Shown piece after piece: positions 61,884 through 64,000 of a stretch of 64,000 nt of DNA. The stretch covers positions 558,001 to 622,000 of the forward strand of contig RSEE01000027.1 in assembly GCA_003971905.1 (NCBI GenBank), given 5' to 3'. The first letter of the stretch is position 1, and the number at the start of each line of letters is the position of its first letter. The notes under the pieces were generated by a model. It was not told the DNA's origin and ran no database searches. It saw nothing but the letters and a program-made list of their open reading frames with translations. Made by a program: the position numbers and the translations under genes. The stretch is from Moniliella sp. 'wahieum' (Eukaryota).

Positions 61884-64000
61884 GGGGGCAAGCAGACCGT
61901 GGGGGACGGCGGGGTGGTTGTGGGGGTGGATGTGGATGGAAATGGAGATGCGGAGGCAGTCGCCGTGGCGGTGGCGGTGGCGGTGGCGGTGGCGGTGGCG
62001 GGGCGGGGGCAGAATGGGAGGGAGGACCGAGGGCAGGAAGAGCGGTGGTGGCCAGCAGGCCGCGGGCGTAGCGCCACTGTGGAGGCCGCAGCACTCCAGC
62101 CGGGGATGGCAGGCTTAACCCCGCTGCGGGCGCAGAGGGTCGACGGACGATGGGCAGGCACACTGCCCCGCGCCGTCCCAACCCCCACACGGCAGCCGAG
62201 GCCGTCGCTGCAGACGCTGCGGCCCTTGCAGGCCCTGGCCAGGCACCGCAGACATGCGGCCTGCGGCCTGCTGCCTGCTGCCTGCGCCTCAGCAGCCGGC
62301 GCATGTGCCCCGCCTGTGCGCGCAAGTGCCCCGCATGCACGCCACCACACCGCGCCGTGCCCGCACGCGTCCCTGCGGGAGTGTTCGCGACGCAGCATCT
62401 CTCGCATCTGCATCTGCATCTGCATCTGCATCGCACATCCTACATCGCCACCTGGTGGGGCCGGCGGGAGTGCAGCCGAGGCAGCACAGCAGCACAGCAG
62501 CACAGCCGCCCCGCGCAGCACAGAGCCAGTATGGATGCGCCGGTCCGGTGCGCGGGGTAATATGCTGTGGCCAACCCAGTGGAGGAAGCGTGGGAGGCGG
62601 GGACAGCGCTGCAGTGCGTGCTTATCCTGCGGCTGGCTGACGTCATGGCCGTATGGCCCAGGACGAAACGCCGGCGCTGGACCGGCGAGAGAGTGTGTTC
62701 CCCGTTCCCCAGGTCTTACTGCGCTAAACGTAAACGTTAATCCCATTAACATCGCCACCCGCCACCGCCGATTCTTAGCAGCGCTACCACCCGTTTACCC
62801 CCGCCGGCGTTTAGCCATCGACGTCCCCTGCGGACGATGTGCCCGCTCCACGCATCCCAGCACACATCCACGCTCTCTGGCTCTCTGCCGTTTTGCCCGC
62901 GTCCGGGGCACAGGGCCTTGCTGCCACAGCCAAGCCAAATCAAAATGTGGGAGAAGCTCGCGTCCTGTTGGGTAATAGTCTCCTGTGTCTCCAGCAAGCC
63001 GGCATCGATCATCACCAGCCCACGGCCGCACAAACTGATGCTGCATGGTGGCAAAACTCAGTACTCCTCCCTCCCCACACCACCCGCACAAAAGCGTCGT
63101 CTCACTCTACCAGCCAACGCGCCTGGGTTATGTGGAAACAGAACGAGGGCCCTTGCCTTCTACCCCAGCTCCCACGTTGCCGCTGTGGGGTATAGTGGTC
63201 CCACGTGCTCCTGCCCCCCTCGAACGGATATGTTTCCTCGCGCCCAGCATCTCCGGGTTCGAACACAGAGGTGCTTAGTGCTCCAAAACACAGTGCGTAT
63301 ACGGTGGAGATGACACTTACTGCCTTTTTTTGCCAAGCCGGCTACCCAACTGTCCTTGCGTTTCCCCGCAGCGGTGCTCGTCCCAGCACTTTTTCGTACA
63401 GGACGTGCGCGGTCAAGGTAGTTTAGATGAACCGATTTGGGCGCCAACCGACGTAGTCGTCCGCTCCAAGTGCGTTGCGCAAGGGGCGGGCCAAAAGCTA
63501 TGGAACAAAGTGGTTCCTTTTGACACCAAGTGCGGGCCGTGGGGGAAAAGGATGAGATGTCCATCTGCACTGTAACCAGCCATGAGATTTCCATCTGCAC
63601 TGTCACTAGCCAACCGGAATGGTCCTGGAGCTGTTCCATTTGTGCCACTGGATGACGCGCGAATGGTCGTCTGGTCACAAACGGGTACCATTGTTTCTTC
63701 ACTCCCCCAGGAAGTTGCGCTGAAAACGCGCTACGACGCTGCCTTCACTTACTGTCGTCATACTGTTCCAAGAGGGGATCCGATCGGGTCTCAGGCCTCA
63801 GGAGCTCCCAGAGCTGAGTAGGGACAGAGCGAACGAGCACTCTGCCTACAGAAAGAACGATTCGAGATGCCGGAGGATCACTGCCGAAAGCGCATCAGGG
63901 GTTAGTATAGCAGCGGCGAAAAGTGTGGAAGCCAACGGCATTTTATACCTGGGCTTTTGAGTCCGCGAAGAGAGAATAAGAAAAGTACAACGGCAGGCGA

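Noticed and set aside
61960..62432. (GGTGGC)n and (GCATCT)n hexamer runs
   Set aside because: Ordinary microsatellites that do not follow the TNA grammar.
63559..63612. 30-bp-period duplication (ccatctgcactgt..agcca) and ORFs near the right edge
   Set aside because: Only two copies and no recognisable product; cannot support a gene call.
1..64000. Mass pseudogenisation or programmed frameshifting, since nearly all genes are broken
   Set aside because: Breaks hit essential genes (RPC2, EF3, SmF) and are single-base indels with intact motifs and no clear nonsense substitutions, which is typical of unpolished long-read consensus.

Overview
GC-rich, intron-poor fungal (basidiomycete-like) genomic DNA; not prokaryotic and no CRISPR array. 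Almost every conserved gene is split by single-base frameshifts, which looks like uncorrected long-read error, so CDS coordinates are spans stitched from several ORF fragments. In order, the window holds: RNA Pol III subunit RPC2 (5' partial), an intron-containing tRNA-Arg(ACG), a divergent DHA1-type MFS transporter, NCA2, MIC60, a ~7.5 kb gene-free stretch, an AcuM/Rds2-like Zn2Cys6-PAS factor, one clear and one possible solo LTR, a TSD-flanked Ty3/Gypsy chromovirus whose 5' LTR is truncated, a Cys-rich (IBR-like) hypothetical protein, SPT23/MGA2, aminopeptidase P, a small membrane protein, an Sds3-like protein, elongation factor 3, a GRR1-like gene lacking its F-box, AP-2 alpha-adaptin, SmF (missed by the ORF track), 14-3-3, a C2H2 protein and a second Zn2Cys6 factor. 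The most unusual signal is non-coding. Many intergenic short tandem arrays share one grammar: a quasi-palindromic pentamer centred on T-N-A (GTCAC, GTTAC, TTCAA, ATAAT, CTTAG, CTGAG), separated mostly by a self-complementary dinucleotide (GC, CG, AT, TA) that can switch within an array. This could reflect repeated transposon excision footprints, a hairpin-type mutational process or binding-site clusters; the cause is not established here.
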